Assembly (NCBI GenBank): GCA_963848295.1
Contig: CAWKDB010000010.1
Location: forward strand, 1,856,001 to 1,920,000
Direction of reading: 5' to 3'
From: an uncultured delta proteobacterium
Lineage (GTDB): Bacteria; Myxococcota_A; Polyangia; Haliangiales; Haliangiaceae
DNA length: 64,000 nucleotides
The position numbers and the translations under genes were made by a program. A model generated the notes under the pieces. It saw only the letters and a list, made by a program, of their open reading frames with translations, was not told the DNA's origin and ran no database searches. Each line of letters starts with the position of its first letter. The stretch's first letter is position 1. Below are positions 43,782 to 53,844 of this stretch, in pieces.

Positions 43782-46075
43782 AGACTTCGGGACGCTGATC
43801 TCATTGGAGTTGGGTTTCGAAGCGTAGGGGAAGGCGCTTGTGATCACTCGGCAGGATCAGGCCGCGCTGGGTAAGATGACCGAGCAGATGATGAATCGCG
43901 TCGAGCTCGGATCGATTGGCTGCGGGCGCGAGGCGGACGATGATGGCGTGTTCGGTGATTGCCACCTTTGCCGGCGCGGCGAACAGGTTCGCGACGAGCT
44001 TCTTCGCCTCTCGGGGCCGGCTCATGTGCGGTGCGGCGATCGCGGCCAGCTCGGACTCGGCGTTGGCGCAGACGACGCGGATGACGTCGATGACAGTCTT
44101 GAGCTTGCCCGTGTGGCGGACGAGCTTGCCGGCGAGCTCGGTCTCTTCGACGGCGGCGTGCTTCGGAAACAGCGGGCGGAGCGCCTCGAGCTGCCGCTGC
44201 CATTCGAGCGACTCTGCGAGCTCGCGTTCGACACGCTCGCGTCGCTTGTCGTCCGCGGCCAGCCGCGCCAGCTCGCGGCGTGCGTCGCCCTCGGCGGTGC
44301 GCCAGACCCGCAGCGCGCGCTCGAGCTTTCGACGTGCCGGGTTCGGGATGATCGTCCCGGGTGGATACGGTTCGACGCGCCGGCCGTCGAGCTGGTTGAT
44401 GCCCCAGCGCTCGACCCCGTGCTTGAAGCCGTTCTCCTGGCGCCAGCGGAGCCACAGGATCTCGACGAGCCGCTCCGCGGGCAGCTTCGAGGCGGCGAGC
44501 AAGCTCACCTGTCGACCATCTTCGGTGCAGACCATGATGCGACGAAGGCGCCCGCGACCCTCGCCGAGATTTCGCAATCGGCTCTCGTGCAGCCCGACCT
44601 GTTCGCCCGCGATCGTCGCCGCTGTAAACGCCGTCGCCGGCAGCTCGGCGTAGGGCTTTCGCTCGTACGTGACGAAGTCGAAGTGGGCCTCGCGCAGCGC
44701 CGCGAGTTGCGCGGCAAACGCACCACCGCGATCGAAGGCGAGCAGGATCGTCTCGTCGGGGCCGAGCGCTTTGCGCAGGCGCTGGCCCAGGGGCAGCAGC
44801 CACTCGGTCAGGTGATCGTGCGACGGCACCGGCACGCGAAACATCGGCCGGCCGTCCTCGTCGTGGACGTAGTAGTCGGTCGTCCCGGGCAGCACGCGCT
44901 TGGCCTGCATCCGCCAGCCCTTTCGCACGACATGCTTGCCCGTATACGGCCGTAGATGGTTGTCGACGTAGAAGATCGCCGGGGCGCCGTCGCTCGCTGC
45001 GGTTGCGATCAGCCGCTCGGCCATCCGTGCCTCCAGCGCGGCGCCGGCGTCGGTCTGTGCGAGCAATCGACCGAGGATCTTGCGGACCCCGCTGGCCGTG
45101 GGCACGCGCTCGGCGCGCAGCAGCGTCGCGCCGGTCGGTGTCGCGAGTCGGCGCACACCCTCGACGACGAATTGCTTGAGCGCGAGCGCACAGATCACCG
45201 CGTCGAGCGCGATCCGCAGCCCATCGGGATGCCGGCCCTCGAACGCGCGCTGCGCCTCTTCGTGCAGCCCCATCTCGCCGGCAAGCGCGAGCAAGATCCA
45301 GCAGCCGGCGTGCTGCACGAGCTTTCCGCCGCGGACCGGCTGCGCCGTCATCGGCACCTGATCCTTGTCGTCGAATTCGTCGGCCGTGACCGGATCGTCG
45401 CCGAGGTCGACATCGCGATCCGGTCCGGCGATCAGCAGTGCGAGCTGCCCGGCGATCGCGGTCGGCGCGGCCTGCCGTGCCGCCTCGACAGGGCTCCCGG
45501 CGGCGCGCTCACGACGCCAGTCGTCCCAAACGCGCCACACCGTCGAATACACGAGGCGCTGTTTGCGCGGCTGTTCGCGGTGCGCGTCGATCGGCATTCG
45601 CCCCGCGTCGAACATCGCGTACCAAACAGTTCGCAACTCCCGCGTTACCTTCGTAACTCCTCCGCGTCGCGGTCCCAGCACCGCAGCAAACCCCGCGGCT
45701 TCTTCCTTCCGCCGCAGGCGCCGCAAATGTTCGTCCGTGATCCCGAATGCTGTTGCCAGTCGCCCGAGGTGGAACTGATCGGTTTTCGCGAGCGTCACTG
45801 CCAGTACGTTGCGAGGGCCGCGGTCATCGTCGTCCAGATCGAACCCGCCGATCAGCGTCCCGCCGATGTACACGCTCGCGATCGTGTCCCGGACGATCAC
45901 CACCCCGTCCGACGAGAAACGCCGGATTTCGTGGGCGGGCTTTGGCGACGGCTCAGGCAAGGCGAGGTCGAGAGCTTCCATCGTTGCCAAGACAACCGCC
46001 AGCGATCCGAAATTCCCACAATCCATCGATCTAATCGAATTCTCGTAAACCTGCGTCATTCGATCAGTTCAAAAT
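43782..46075 (-). mobile_element. Compact ~2.3 kb insertion sequence flanked by GGCGCC(C) direct repeats
   Basis: GGCGCCC at 43775-43781 and 46076-46082; removing the element plus one copy restores atpA in frame (FGA-RVDED). Confidence 0.9.
43801..46059 (-). CDS. Large transposase (N-terminal HTH plus DDE-like domain)
   Basis: FYVDNHLRPY, AFDRGG, RWRQENGF acidic motifs; fills the element. Confidence 0.85.
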   Translation of the reverse strand: MTQVYENSIRSMDCGNFGSLAVVLATMEALDLALPEPSPKPAHEIRRFSSDGVVIVRDTIASVYIGGTLIGGFDLDDDDRGPRNVLAVTLAKTDQFHLGRLATAFGITDEHLRRLRRKEEAAGFAAVLGPRRGGVTKVTRELRTVWYAMFDAGRMPIDAHREQPRKQRLVYSTVWRVWDDWRRERAAGSPVEAARQAAPTAIAGQLALLIAGPDRDVDLGDDPVTADEFDDKDQVPMTAQPVRGGKLVQHAGCWILLALAGEMGLHEEAQRAFEGRHPDGLRIALDAVICALALKQFVVEGVRRLATPTGATLLRAERVPTASGVRKILGRLLAQTDAGAALEARMAERLIATAASDGAPAIFYVDNHLRPYTGKHVVRKGWRMQAKRVLPGTTDYYVHDEDGRPMFRVPVPSHDHLTEWLLPLGQRLRKALGPDETILLAFDRGGAFAAQLAALREAHFDFVTYERKPYAELPATAFTAATIAGEQVGLHESRLRNLGEGRGRLRRIMVCTEDGRQVSLLAASKLPAERLVEILWLRWRQENGFKHGVERWGINQLDGRRVEPYPPGTIIPNPARRKLERALRVWRTAEGDARRELARLAADDKRRERVERELAESLEWQRQLEALRPLFPKHAAVEETELAGKLVRHTGKLKTVIDVIRVVCANAESELAAIAAPHMSRPREAKKLVANLFAAPAKVAITEHAIIVRLAPAANRSELDAIHHLLGHLTQRGLILPSDHKRLPLRFETQLQ

Positions 46076-46082
46076 GGCGCCC

Positions 46083-46492
46083 GCGTGGATGAGGACACCC
46101 GCAAGAGCATCGACCACGGACGGCGAATTCGCGCTTGCCTCGAGCAGCCCGAATTCGATCCGGTGTCCGTGCCCGCGCAGATCGCGATCCTGCTCGCGCT
46201 GACCGCGAAGCTCTTCGATCCGGTGCCGCTCGACCAAATGACCGCCGCCGAGCAGGCCGTGCGTGAGGCGGCGGCGGGCATCCCGGCGGAGGTGAGCGCT
46301 GGATTCGAAACGGCCTCAGCCTTGAGCGCCGAGGATCGCAAGTCGATCGTCGAGCTCGCCCGCCGAGCGCTCGCGCCGTTCTATCCGAAGCCTGAGGCCG
46401 CGCCGAAGCTCGAAGTCAAGGCTGGGCCGAAGCTCGAAACCGAGCCGAAGCCGAAGGTCTCGGCGGAGGCGGCACCTGTGGAGAAGTCATGA
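46083..46492 (+). pseudogene. atpA: atpA 3' part
   Basis: DEDTRKSIDHGRRIRACLEQPE continues the alpha subunit C-terminal domain. Confidence 0.9.
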
Positions 46493-47385
46493 GCGACACC
46501 ACGGCGAGCCTGCGCCGAAAGATCGCGACTGCGGGTGATCTGCAATCCGTCGTCCGCACGATGAAAGCCTTGGCCGCTTCGAGTATCGGACAGTATGAAA
46601 GGTCGGTGCGCGCACTGGCCGACTACTATCGAACCGTCGAGCTGGGGTTGGGCGCCTGCTTCCGGAAGAGCGAGGCCGCGACGTTCACGGGCAACAGAAG
46701 ACGTCGGGCCGGTGCGCGCGTGATCGGCGCCGTCGTGTTCGGTTCGGACCAGGGGCTGGTGGGGCAGTTCAACGAGGTCGTGGTCGAGCACGCGATCGTG
46801 ACGCTCGCCGCTCTGCCCGGTACACACCGCGTCTGGGCCGTCGGCGAGCGCGTTCACGCCCGCCTCGCGGGCGCCGGTCTACAACCGACCGAACTCTTCA
46901 CCGTGCCTAACTCCGTCCAGGCCATTACCCCGCTGGTCCGGCAGATCCTCGTGGACAGCGAGACGCGTCATCGCCAGGATGAAGTGACCGAGCTCTACCT
47001 CTTTTACAACCGCCCCACTGCCGGAGCGGTCTATGTTCCGATCTCTCAGCGATTGCTACCGCTGGACGAAACCTGGCGCCGCAAGCTCGCCGAGCTTCCA
47101 TGGCCGACGGGAACGCTGCCGGAGGTCCTCGGGAGCGGCACGGCGACGCTGCGCGCACTCGTCCACGAATACCTCTTCATTTCGCTCTTCCGGGCGTGCG
47201 CCGAATCTCTCGCGAGTGAGAACGCGAGCCGCCTCGCGGCGATGGAACGCGCCGAGCAGAACATCGACGAGTTGCTCGAGACTCTCCACGGCACGTTCCA
47301 GCGTCTGCGGCAGGCAAGCATCGACGAAGAGCTATTCGACGTGGTTTCTGGTTTCGAGGCGCAAGTCGAACCGACGTTGCATTAG
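46489..47385 (+). CDS. atpG: N-ATPase gamma subunit
   Basis: VVRTMKALA, GSDQGLVGQFN, SENASRLAAM, RQASI. Confidence 0.95.
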   Translation: MSDTTASLRRKIATAGDLQSVVRTMKALAASSIGQYERSVRALADYYRTVELGLGACFRKSEAATFTGNRRRRAGARVIGAVVFGSDQGLVGQFNEVVVEHAIVTLAALPGTHRVWAVGERVHARLAGAGLQPTELFTVPNSVQAITPLVRQILVDSETRHRQDEVTELYLFYNRPTAGAVYVPISQRLLPLDETWRRKLAELPWPTGTLPEVLGSGTATLRALVHEYLFISLFRACAESLASENASRLAAMERAEQNIDELLETLHGTFQRLRQASIDEELFDVVSGFEAQVEPTLH

Positions 47386-47411
47386 CGCGTTGCGCGACGC
47401 GCTCGACGAGC

Positions 47412-49460
47412 TCAAGATCGATTCGAGCGAACGAGCACGACGACCGACCGCGTACGAACGACGTACGATGCATGGGGCAGCGCTACCGCCGCGGCGATGT
47501 CGATGTCCTCCGGGCTCGCGCTTGCCGTATCGACGGCGAGCCGCCAGGGGCGCTCCTCGACATCCTGGATCACGAAGCACGCGTCATCTGGACCGCCGTT
47601 GACCATGATGTAGAGGTCGTCGTCCCTTTGCGACGAGCCGCGCAGGCACAGCGCGATCTCGTGCGACGACTGAGACAGGTCGACGACGCCGCGCGGACCA
47701 AACCACCGGACGTCCTCGCGCCAGAACCGACTGCGCGCGAGCGACGGATGCCGCTTGCGAAATGCGATCATCTGCCGGACGAATCGGAAGAAGTCCCGAT
47801 TGCGGTCGAGGCACGACCAATCCAGCCAGCTGGTCTTGTTATCCTGGTTGTACGGATTGTTGTTGCCGCCCTGCGAGAACAAGAACTCGTCACCGGCTCG
47901 TAGCATCGGTGTGCCATTCGATAGCAGCAGCAACGCGATCAGATTCTTGGCCTGGCGCTCGCGCAGCGCGGCGACGTCGGCCGGCGCGTTCGCGTCGCCC
48001 TCCCAACCGCAGTTCGTGCTGAAATTCTCGGCCGGTCCGTCGAGGTTGCCGTGGCCGTTCGCCTCGTTGTGCTTGTGCTCGTAGGCGAGCAGATCGTAGA
48101 GCGTGAAGCCGTCGTGACAGGTGACGTGGTTGACGCTCTGATAGGCGTGGTACGCGTCGATCACGTCGTCGGGAAACAAGTCGTCACTTCCGTAAAGCCG
48201 CTGCATGACGGCCCCGACCATTCCGTTGTCGCCGCGCACGAAGCGGCGCATGTCGTCGCGGAATCGGCTGTTCCACTGTTGCCACGTCGTCCCCGGAAAG
48301 CCGCGTCCGAGCTCGTAGGCACCGGCGGCATCCCAGGGCTCCGCAATCATCCGCATCCGGTCGAAGGACGGGTCCGACGAGATGTCGCCGAAGATCGGCG
48401 GGTCGTCGAAGTTGAGCGAGCCGTCCGGGCCGCGTGTGAACACGGAGGCGAGATCGAAGCGAAAGCCATCGATGCGCATCTCGTCCACCCAGTAGCGCAT
48501 GCTGTCGAGGATCATCGAGCGGACGTAGCGGTTGTTCGCGTTCAGGCTGTTGCCACACCCGGAGTAGTCCGCGTAGTCGGTCGGCGCTTGGTACTTCATC
48601 AAGTAGTACGTGCTGTTGTCGAGGCCCTTGAAGCTATAGATCGGGCCTCCCGCGCCACCCTCCGTCGTGTGGTTGTAGACGGAGTCGAGGACAACTTCGA
48701 TGTCGGCGGCGTGGAGCGCGTCGACCATCTCGCGAAACTCACGCACGGCGTCGTCGTGTGCGTAGCCGGCATGCGGCGCGAAGAAGCTCATCGGCATGTA
48801 GCCCCAGTAGTCGCCGGCCTGCGGATCGAACTGGAAGACCGGCATCAACTCGACGATGGTGACGCCGAGCTCGCGGAGATACGGGATCTTCTCGATCACG
48901 CCGGCGAACGTCCCGCGAGCAGCCTCGGACACACCGGAGCTCGCGTCGCGCGTGAAGCCGCGCACGTGGAGCTCGTAGATGACGGCGTCGGCTTCGTGGC
49001 GCGTCGGCCTGTGATCGCGCCACGGGAACGTCGGCACTCGCACATCGAGCACGCCGAGCGGTGCGCGACCGAGATTCTTCACTCCATCGAGCGCTGCAGC
49101 GCGATCGAATGCCGGCGGGAAGTGAATGCTGCGCGCGTAGGGATCGAGCAGCAGCTTCTCGGGATGGAACGCGTGCGCCTCGAACGGTCCGGTGGCTTCT
49201 GGCCCGTCCACGACATAGCCGTAGAATCGCGCCCCGTGCAGCGCGTCGGCCGCCACACGGCAGTGCCACACACGACCCGACTTATTGAGGAGCGGGTCGA
49301 GCACGTGCTCGTACATCGCATGCTCGACGTCGTCGCCGAAGACGAGCAAGCGGACGGTCGTCGCGTGCTTCGAGTAGACCGCGAAGTTATGCGCTTGATC
49401 GTCGGCGGACCAGGATACGCCGAGCGGATACGGCAATCCTTCGTCGCGTTCCCAGGTCAT
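47412..49460 (-). CDS. glgX: Glycogen debranching enzyme/isoamylase (GH13)
   Basis: IYELHVRGF, YWGY, DGFRFDLA, AEPWD, CHDGF; ATG 49460. Confidence 0.93.
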   Translation of the reverse strand: MTWERDEGLPYPLGVSWSADDQAHNFAVYSKHATTVRLLVFGDDVEHAMYEHVLDPLLNKSGRVWHCRVAADALHGARFYGYVVDGPEATGPFEAHAFHPEKLLLDPYARSIHFPPAFDRAAALDGVKNLGRAPLGVLDVRVPTFPWRDHRPTRHEADAVIYELHVRGFTRDASSGVSEAARGTFAGVIEKIPYLRELGVTIVELMPVFQFDPQAGDYWGYMPMSFFAPHAGYAHDDAVREFREMVDALHAADIEVVLDSVYNHTTEGGAGGPIYSFKGLDNSTYYLMKYQAPTDYADYSGCGNSLNANNRYVRSMILDSMRYWVDEMRIDGFRFDLASVFTRGPDGSLNFDDPPIFGDISSDPSFDRMRMIAEPWDAAGAYELGRGFPGTTWQQWNSRFRDDMRRFVRGDNGMVGAVMQRLYGSDDLFPDDVIDAYHAYQSVNHVTCHDGFTLYDLLAYEHKHNEANGHGNLDGPAENFSTNCGWEGDANAPADVAALRERQAKNLIALLLLSNGTPMLRAGDEFLFSQGGNNNPYNQDNKTSWLDWSCLDRNRDFFRFVRQMIAFRKRHPSLARSRFWREDVRWFGPRGVVDLSQSSHEIALCLRGSSQRDDDLYIMVNGGPDDACFVIQDVEERPWRLAVDTASASPEDIDIAAAVALPHASYVVRTRSVVVLVRSNRS

Positions 49461-50041
49461 CGCAGAGTCCGCAGCAACTCGCGGATGCGCGGCCACTCGT
49501 CGGCCGCGTGACTCGGCTCCGCCGCGCACAGGTCGGCGAACGCCACCAGCTCGCAATGCACGGGCTCGCGCACGGTTTCTGAGAGCCCGCGCACGAGCTC
49601 GCCGAGCGTCGCGAGCTCGCCATGGACCCAGGCCCAATCGCCACCGATGGTGAGCTCGCCGATCACGGTCTTGGCCCACGGTGATCCGTCGCGCTCCGCG
49701 AGGATGGCGGCGAGGTGGGCATGCGCAGCGAGCAGCGCGCCGTAAGCCGTAGCCACTTCTCGATCAGCGATGGCGTCGGGGTCGATCGCCCGAGAGCCGC
49801 GCCGAGGCCACGGAATCGACGTGAGCATGAACAGCCCGCCGATCGCGGCTCCGAGACTCCAGAGCGACGTTAGAGGTAGCGATGCGATCAGGCAGGCGAA
49901 TGCGAGCAGAGCCGCAACGCCGGATCCGAATACGAACGGCGCCGGCATGCGATCCGCCAACGATCGTCGGCAACAGCTCGCGTCGTGCACCGGGACGAGT
50001 GCCACGCTGCGCTCATCGAGTGAGTGAGATGTCGAGTCCAT
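49457..50041 (-). CDS. Hypothetical membrane protein
   Basis: Two hydrophobic segments; coupled to glgX; has its own sigma54 promoter. Confidence 0.6.
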   Translation of the reverse strand: MDSTSHSLDERSVALVPVHDASCCRRSLADRMPAPFVFGSGVAALLAFACLIASLPLTSLWSLGAAIGGLFMLTSIPWPRRGSRAIDPDAIADREVATAYGALLAAHAHLAAILAERDGSPWAKTVIGELTIGGDWAWVHGELATLGELVRGLSETVREPVHCELVAFADLCAAEPSHAADEWPRIRELLRTLR

Positions 50042-50053
50042 GGCTCGAGCGTT

Positions 50054-50069
50054 TGCAGGGACCGCGCCA
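50054..50069 (-). promoter_or_regulatory. sigma54 promoter (hypothetical-glgX)
   Basis: TGGCGCGGTCCCTGCA; ATG 50041 at 14 nt. Confidence 0.8.
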
Positions 50070-50078
50070 CGCCCGGCC

Positions 50079-50210
50079 TCAAGCGCGCTTCGAGCGCGGT
50101 ACCCAGACGCCGCCTGGAACGCGAGCATAGCGCCGCTTGACCGCGGCCCAGGCGATGCGGTGGGCGATCGGTTCGCGTGCGGGCAGATCGGTGGTCTTGG
50201 CGTAGGGCAT
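50079..50210 (-). pseudogene. chaB: ChaB-family protein with internal in-frame deletion (43 aa)
   Basis: MPYAKTTDLP joined directly to AHRIAWAAVKRRY...W; central helix absent. Confidence 0.6.
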
Positions 50211-50212
50211 GG

Positions 50213-50707
50213 CTAGCTCTCGATGCGTTTGGTGATCGCGGCCACCGCGACCTCGTCTTCGCCGCCGTGCGCGATCACATCCGGCGCCAGCGGTGGTTCG
50301 TAAGCCGCGCCGGCGCCTGGCAACGTCGGAATTTCGCCGCGGCGAGCCGCTGCATAGAGTCCCTTCGTGTCGCGCCGTGTACACTCGTCGAGCGGCGTAT
50401 CGACGAACACCTCCACGAACTGCGATGCGAACGTCCGCGCGAGCTCGCGGTGGGCACGCAATGGCGCCGTCGCGGCGACGATCACGGTCGGGCCCTGGCG
50501 CGCGATCAACGCGGCGAGCTCTGCGAGCGCGCGGTAAAAGTAGTCGCGCGCGGCGTTCTGATAGCTATGGATCCCTAGCGCGCGACGGACATCGTCTCCG
50601 TCGAGCACCACGGCGCTGCGCTGACCGGCGATCAACCGCTCGCGGAGCCGCTCGGCGAGTGTCGACTTGCCGGACGACGGAAGGCCCGTGATCCACACGA
50701 TCGTCAT
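50213..50707 (-). CDS. Adenylyl-sulfate kinase-like P-loop kinase
   Basis: TGLPSSGKST, LDGD, RDTKGLY, YEPP. Confidence 0.88.
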   Translation of the reverse strand: MTIVWITGLPSSGKSTLAERLRERLIAGQRSAVVLDGDDVRRALGIHSYQNAARDYFYRALAELAALIARQGPTVIVAATAPLRAHRELARTFASQFVEVFVDTPLDECTRRDTKGLYAAARRGEIPTLPGAGAAYEPPLAPDVIAHGGEDEVAVAAITKRIES

Positions 50708-51783
50708 TCGAACAACGCTTCCGCCGCATCCGGGTCGAGACGCCCCGCGTCGAGGACATGTTCGGCGAGCCCGAGCAGCGCTTCGCGACCGGCGGTCGAC
50801 AACTTTGGGTAGAAGCGTGGGTTACACACGACCAGCGTGCGCCACGCGAAGAACGGCGGCGCCACGGCAAGCAGCTCCGGATCGGGGCGATGCTCGGCGC
50901 AGCGCGACCACCACCGCCGCCACAGGACACCGAGACCGCCGGCCCATGTCTCGCGTGCGTCGATGGCGAACAGGACGAAGTTGATCGCGAGGGCGGTCAA
51001 ATCATCGGCCGGATCGCCGCACGCACCTCGGCTCGCGTCGAGCAGCGACGGCATGAGGCGCTCGAATACGATGTTGAACGGATGGAAGTCGCCGTGCGTC
51101 CGCGCGAGTCGATCGCCCCGATCGCGAAGACGCCATCGCCATGACGCGCATCGCTCTTCGATCGCGCGCAGCCGGCTCGGCGGCGCACCGGGAACGTCGT
51201 CCGGATAACCGTCGATGATGCCGAAGATGCCTTCGCCGTGACCGATGAGGTCGCGGAGCGCGCGTCGGTAGCGATGGTGGCCATTCGCGATCGGCAGGTG
51301 GAGGTCCGCCAGATACGCGGCGAGCGTATCGAGTCGCTCGAGATCTTGATCCGCGAGCGGTTCACCTGCGGCGAGTCGCCGGAGGTCGTTCGCATAGATC
51401 GTGCCCCGTGCGTAGGTGGTGATCAGATAATACTCGCCCGCATCTCGCAGCGACACGAGCTGACCGTCGCGACGCACGGCCCCGACATCCAACGGTGCGA
51501 CGTGGGCTGGAACTTCGGTGAAGTCGTCGTACGCGAGCAGCGTCTCCGCCGCACGGTCGGAGCGGCGATCGTGGCCGAACTCGTTCGGCGCTGCGACTCG
51601 CCAGACCAAGTCGCGACGACGGCCACCATCGTCGATCACGAGGTGTGCCGGTTCGCCGTAGCCGGCGACCTTTGCCGTCGAGCTCATGGTCGCCCCCGCG
51701 TCCGGCGCGAGCGGTTTGACCGCCAGCAACTTCGCGCCGGGGAACAGCCGCGCGACATGCTCGTGAAGCTTCGGAGCTGTCAT
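50704..51783 (-). CDS. Aminoglycoside phosphotransferase-like kinase
   Basis: HGDFHPFN, LLD, GDPADD. Confidence 0.82.
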   Translation of the reverse strand: MTAPKLHEHVARLFPGAKLLAVKPLAPDAGATMSSTAKVAGYGEPAHLVIDDGGRRRDLVWRVAAPNEFGHDRRSDRAAETLLAYDDFTEVPAHVAPLDVGAVRRDGQLVSLRDAGEYYLITTYARGTIYANDLRRLAAGEPLADQDLERLDTLAAYLADLHLPIANGHHRYRRALRDLIGHGEGIFGIIDGYPDDVPGAPPSRLRAIEERCASWRWRLRDRGDRLARTHGDFHPFNIVFERLMPSLLDASRGACGDPADDLTALAINFVLFAIDARETWAGGLGVLWRRWWSRCAEHRPDPELLAVAPPFFAWRTLVVCNPRFYPKLSTAGREALLGLAEHVLDAGRLDPDAAEALFE

Positions 51784-52928
51784 GACGCCAGCGGGGGGGC
51801 GAGATGCGTGGGGTAGCCGCGCACCGCGCGGAGCTCGAGCGTTCGCGCGATGTCGCGCGGTCCGACTAGCCCTGTCACCGTTGCGGGTGGGTCAACCGCG
51901 ACGACGTAGCTCGCGCCCTCCTCGGCCGCTGCGCGGAGTGCTTCATTGGCACCCGCGGTTTCCGAAACGATCACGTATCGCGCATGAAGATGAGCTGTGA
52001 GCGATCCTATCGGCGCGGTGGGACGCAGGCGCGAGAGTCGCGATACGTCGTCGGCCTCGATCACCGCGATCGGCCGACGCCGATCGACCACGACAAGCTC
52101 GAGCCGATCGAGCTCTGACATCCGGCGAAGTGCGTCGTCGAGATATTCGTCGCTTCCGATCACCGGTGGTTGTTTGCGACTCGGAAGGAAGTCCGTAACC
52201 CGGAGATCGCTCAGACGCTGGCTGATGCGCTCGCTAGCACCCTCCGCCGTGGCGCCGGAGTAGATGAACAGTGCGATCAAACCGAGCAACAGGTTGACTT
52301 GAAGGATGGCCAGGACACCCAGTCCGATCGCGAACAGCCTACCGATCGCGGTCGCGATCGCCGTTGCACGGCCCAGACCGAGCCGGGCGGCGAGCACGGC
52401 GCGGAAGATGCGACCGCCGTCCATGGGGAACGCCGGCAGCAAGTTGAAGAGACCGAGCGTCATGTTCATCGCCGCTACGTAGAACAGGGCCATCTGGAGG
52501 TCGGCGCGACCACCGAACACCGCGTAGCCGACGAAGCTCAGTGCGCCGATCGCAAAGCTTGCTGCCGGACCGGCCGCGGCCATGAGCGCTTGGTGCAGCG
52601 GTCGAGTCGGGGCTCGCGAGATCTGAGACACGCCGCCGATCAACATCAGCGTTATCGAGCGAACGCGACCGCCATAACGTAGGGCGAGCATCGTGTGCGC
52701 GAGCTCGTGCAGCGCGACGGATGCAAACAACGCCGCTGCGAGCAACGCACCCCAGACGATGGGTGGCAACGTCAGCCGTGTTTGCTCGACCCCAGCAAGA
52801 TCCGCGATCGAACCGAACTGATACGACAGTGCGACCGCGAGGTATGGAATGACGAGCAGTAACGTCCAGTGCGCCCGTACCGGGACGCCGCGAACGCGAA
52901 ACAACGTGAGCGAGCCGTCGCGAATCAT
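51780..52928 (-). CDS. Site-2 protease (M50) with degenerate CBS domains
   Basis: HELAH, AGP, FNLLPAFPMDGG; ATG 52928. Confidence 0.93.
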   Translation of the reverse strand: MIRDGSLTLFRVRGVPVRAHWTLLLVIPYLAVALSYQFGSIADLAGVEQTRLTLPPIVWGALLAAALFASVALHELAHTMLALRYGGRVRSITLMLIGGVSQISRAPTRPLHQALMAAAGPAASFAIGALSFVGYAVFGGRADLQMALFYVAAMNMTLGLFNLLPAFPMDGGRIFRAVLAARLGLGRATAIATAIGRLFAIGLGVLAILQVNLLLGLIALFIYSGATAEGASERISQRLSDLRVTDFLPSRKQPPVIGSDEYLDDALRRMSELDRLELVVVDRRRPIAVIEADDVSRLSRLRPTAPIGSLTAHLHARYVIVSETAGANEALRAAAEEGASYVVAVDPPATVTGLVGPRDIARTLELRAVRGYPTHLAPPLAS

Positions 52929-52940
52929 GGGACCTCGCGT

Positions 52941-52956
52941 TGCATCGTGCGTGCCG
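52941..52956 (-). promoter_or_regulatory. sigma54 promoter (S2P operon)
   Basis: CGGCACGCACGATGCA; ATG 52928 at 14 nt. Confidence 0.85.
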
Positions 52957-53073
52957 CGGTATGGAACGTTCGCGAGCCTCTGCACGAGCGCGAGGCGCGG
53001 CAATTGCGTGATGCCGGAGAGCTCGCACGTTGCGATGCCCGGGTGGCGCCAACTCGACCGCGGGTATCGCGAG

Positions 53074-53844
53074 CTACGGAAGCTTCGCGTGCGTCGACGC
53101 ATGGCATGCCGCGCAAGTCACGAGCATCTCGCCATAGGCGGTTCCTCGCTCGTCGAGCAGCGTCGTGGTTCGGTTCGCGAGCTGCGCGCGCGCCTTGGCC
53201 TGGAGATCGATCGCGAGTTGCGGTGGATCGCCGGTCGGGGGAAACGGCAGCGGCGTCGCCGCGAGGACCTCGAGCCCGCGCGTCCATCGCACGTCATCGG
53301 CGCCGACCAGGCTTTCCCACAGCCGATCGACGGCCCACACGTGGCGGGCCATTCGGTCCTGCCGGCGTGGTCCATCGGGTGGCGGCGCCGAGACCGGACC
53401 GAATCGGGGCCAGTTCTGCGATGCGACGTGGCAGCCAGCGCATTCAACTGCGAGCTGGGCCTCGCGCCGCAGCGCATCGTCAAGGCCCGGTGCGTGAACG
53501 AGCCTATCCGCGGCGTCAGCTACACGGTTCACGTGAAGGGACCATGGCTCGAGCCCCGGCTCGTCCGGTTGGCCGACGAGCAGCTGAGCTAGTGTGAGCC
53601 CCTCATCGAGCTTTCCCGCGATCAGCAGCTCCTCGATCATGCGCAGATCATCGAAGTGCTGCCTCATGTGGTAGCGCGCTGCGGCCAGGTCACGAAACCG
53701 CGCGGGCGGCAGCGGGTCCGGAAGCGGCTCGTACCACGGCGCGCGCGGAGGCACGTAGGTCGTCTCCGGATCGATGTAGTCGCGACAAACATCGCTGCTG
53801 CACGATGCCGCGACGACGGTGAACAGCGCGAGTCCGGCTCTCAT
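53074..53844 (-). CDS. Diheme c-type cytochrome lipoprotein, paralog A
   Basis: Lipobox-like VAASC; CAGCH and CAACH. Confidence 0.8.
   Translation of the reverse strand: MRAGLALFTVVAASCSSDVCRDYIDPETTYVPPRAPWYEPLPDPLPPARFRDLAAARYHMRQHFDDLRMIEELLIAGKLDEGLTLAQLLVGQPDEPGLEPWSLHVNRVADAADRLVHAPGLDDALRREAQLAVECAGCHVASQNWPRFGPVSAPPPDGPRRQDRMARHVWAVDRLWESLVGADDVRWTRGLEVLAATPLPFPPTGDPPQLAIDLQAKARAQLANRTTTLLDERGTAYGEMLVTCAACHASTHAKLP

Noticed and set aside
43788..45862. 13-bp inverted match CGGGACGCTGATC (43788) / GATCAGCGTCCCG (45850)
   Set aside because: The second copy is about 210 nt inside the transposase coding region, so it cannot be called a terminal IR; may be chance
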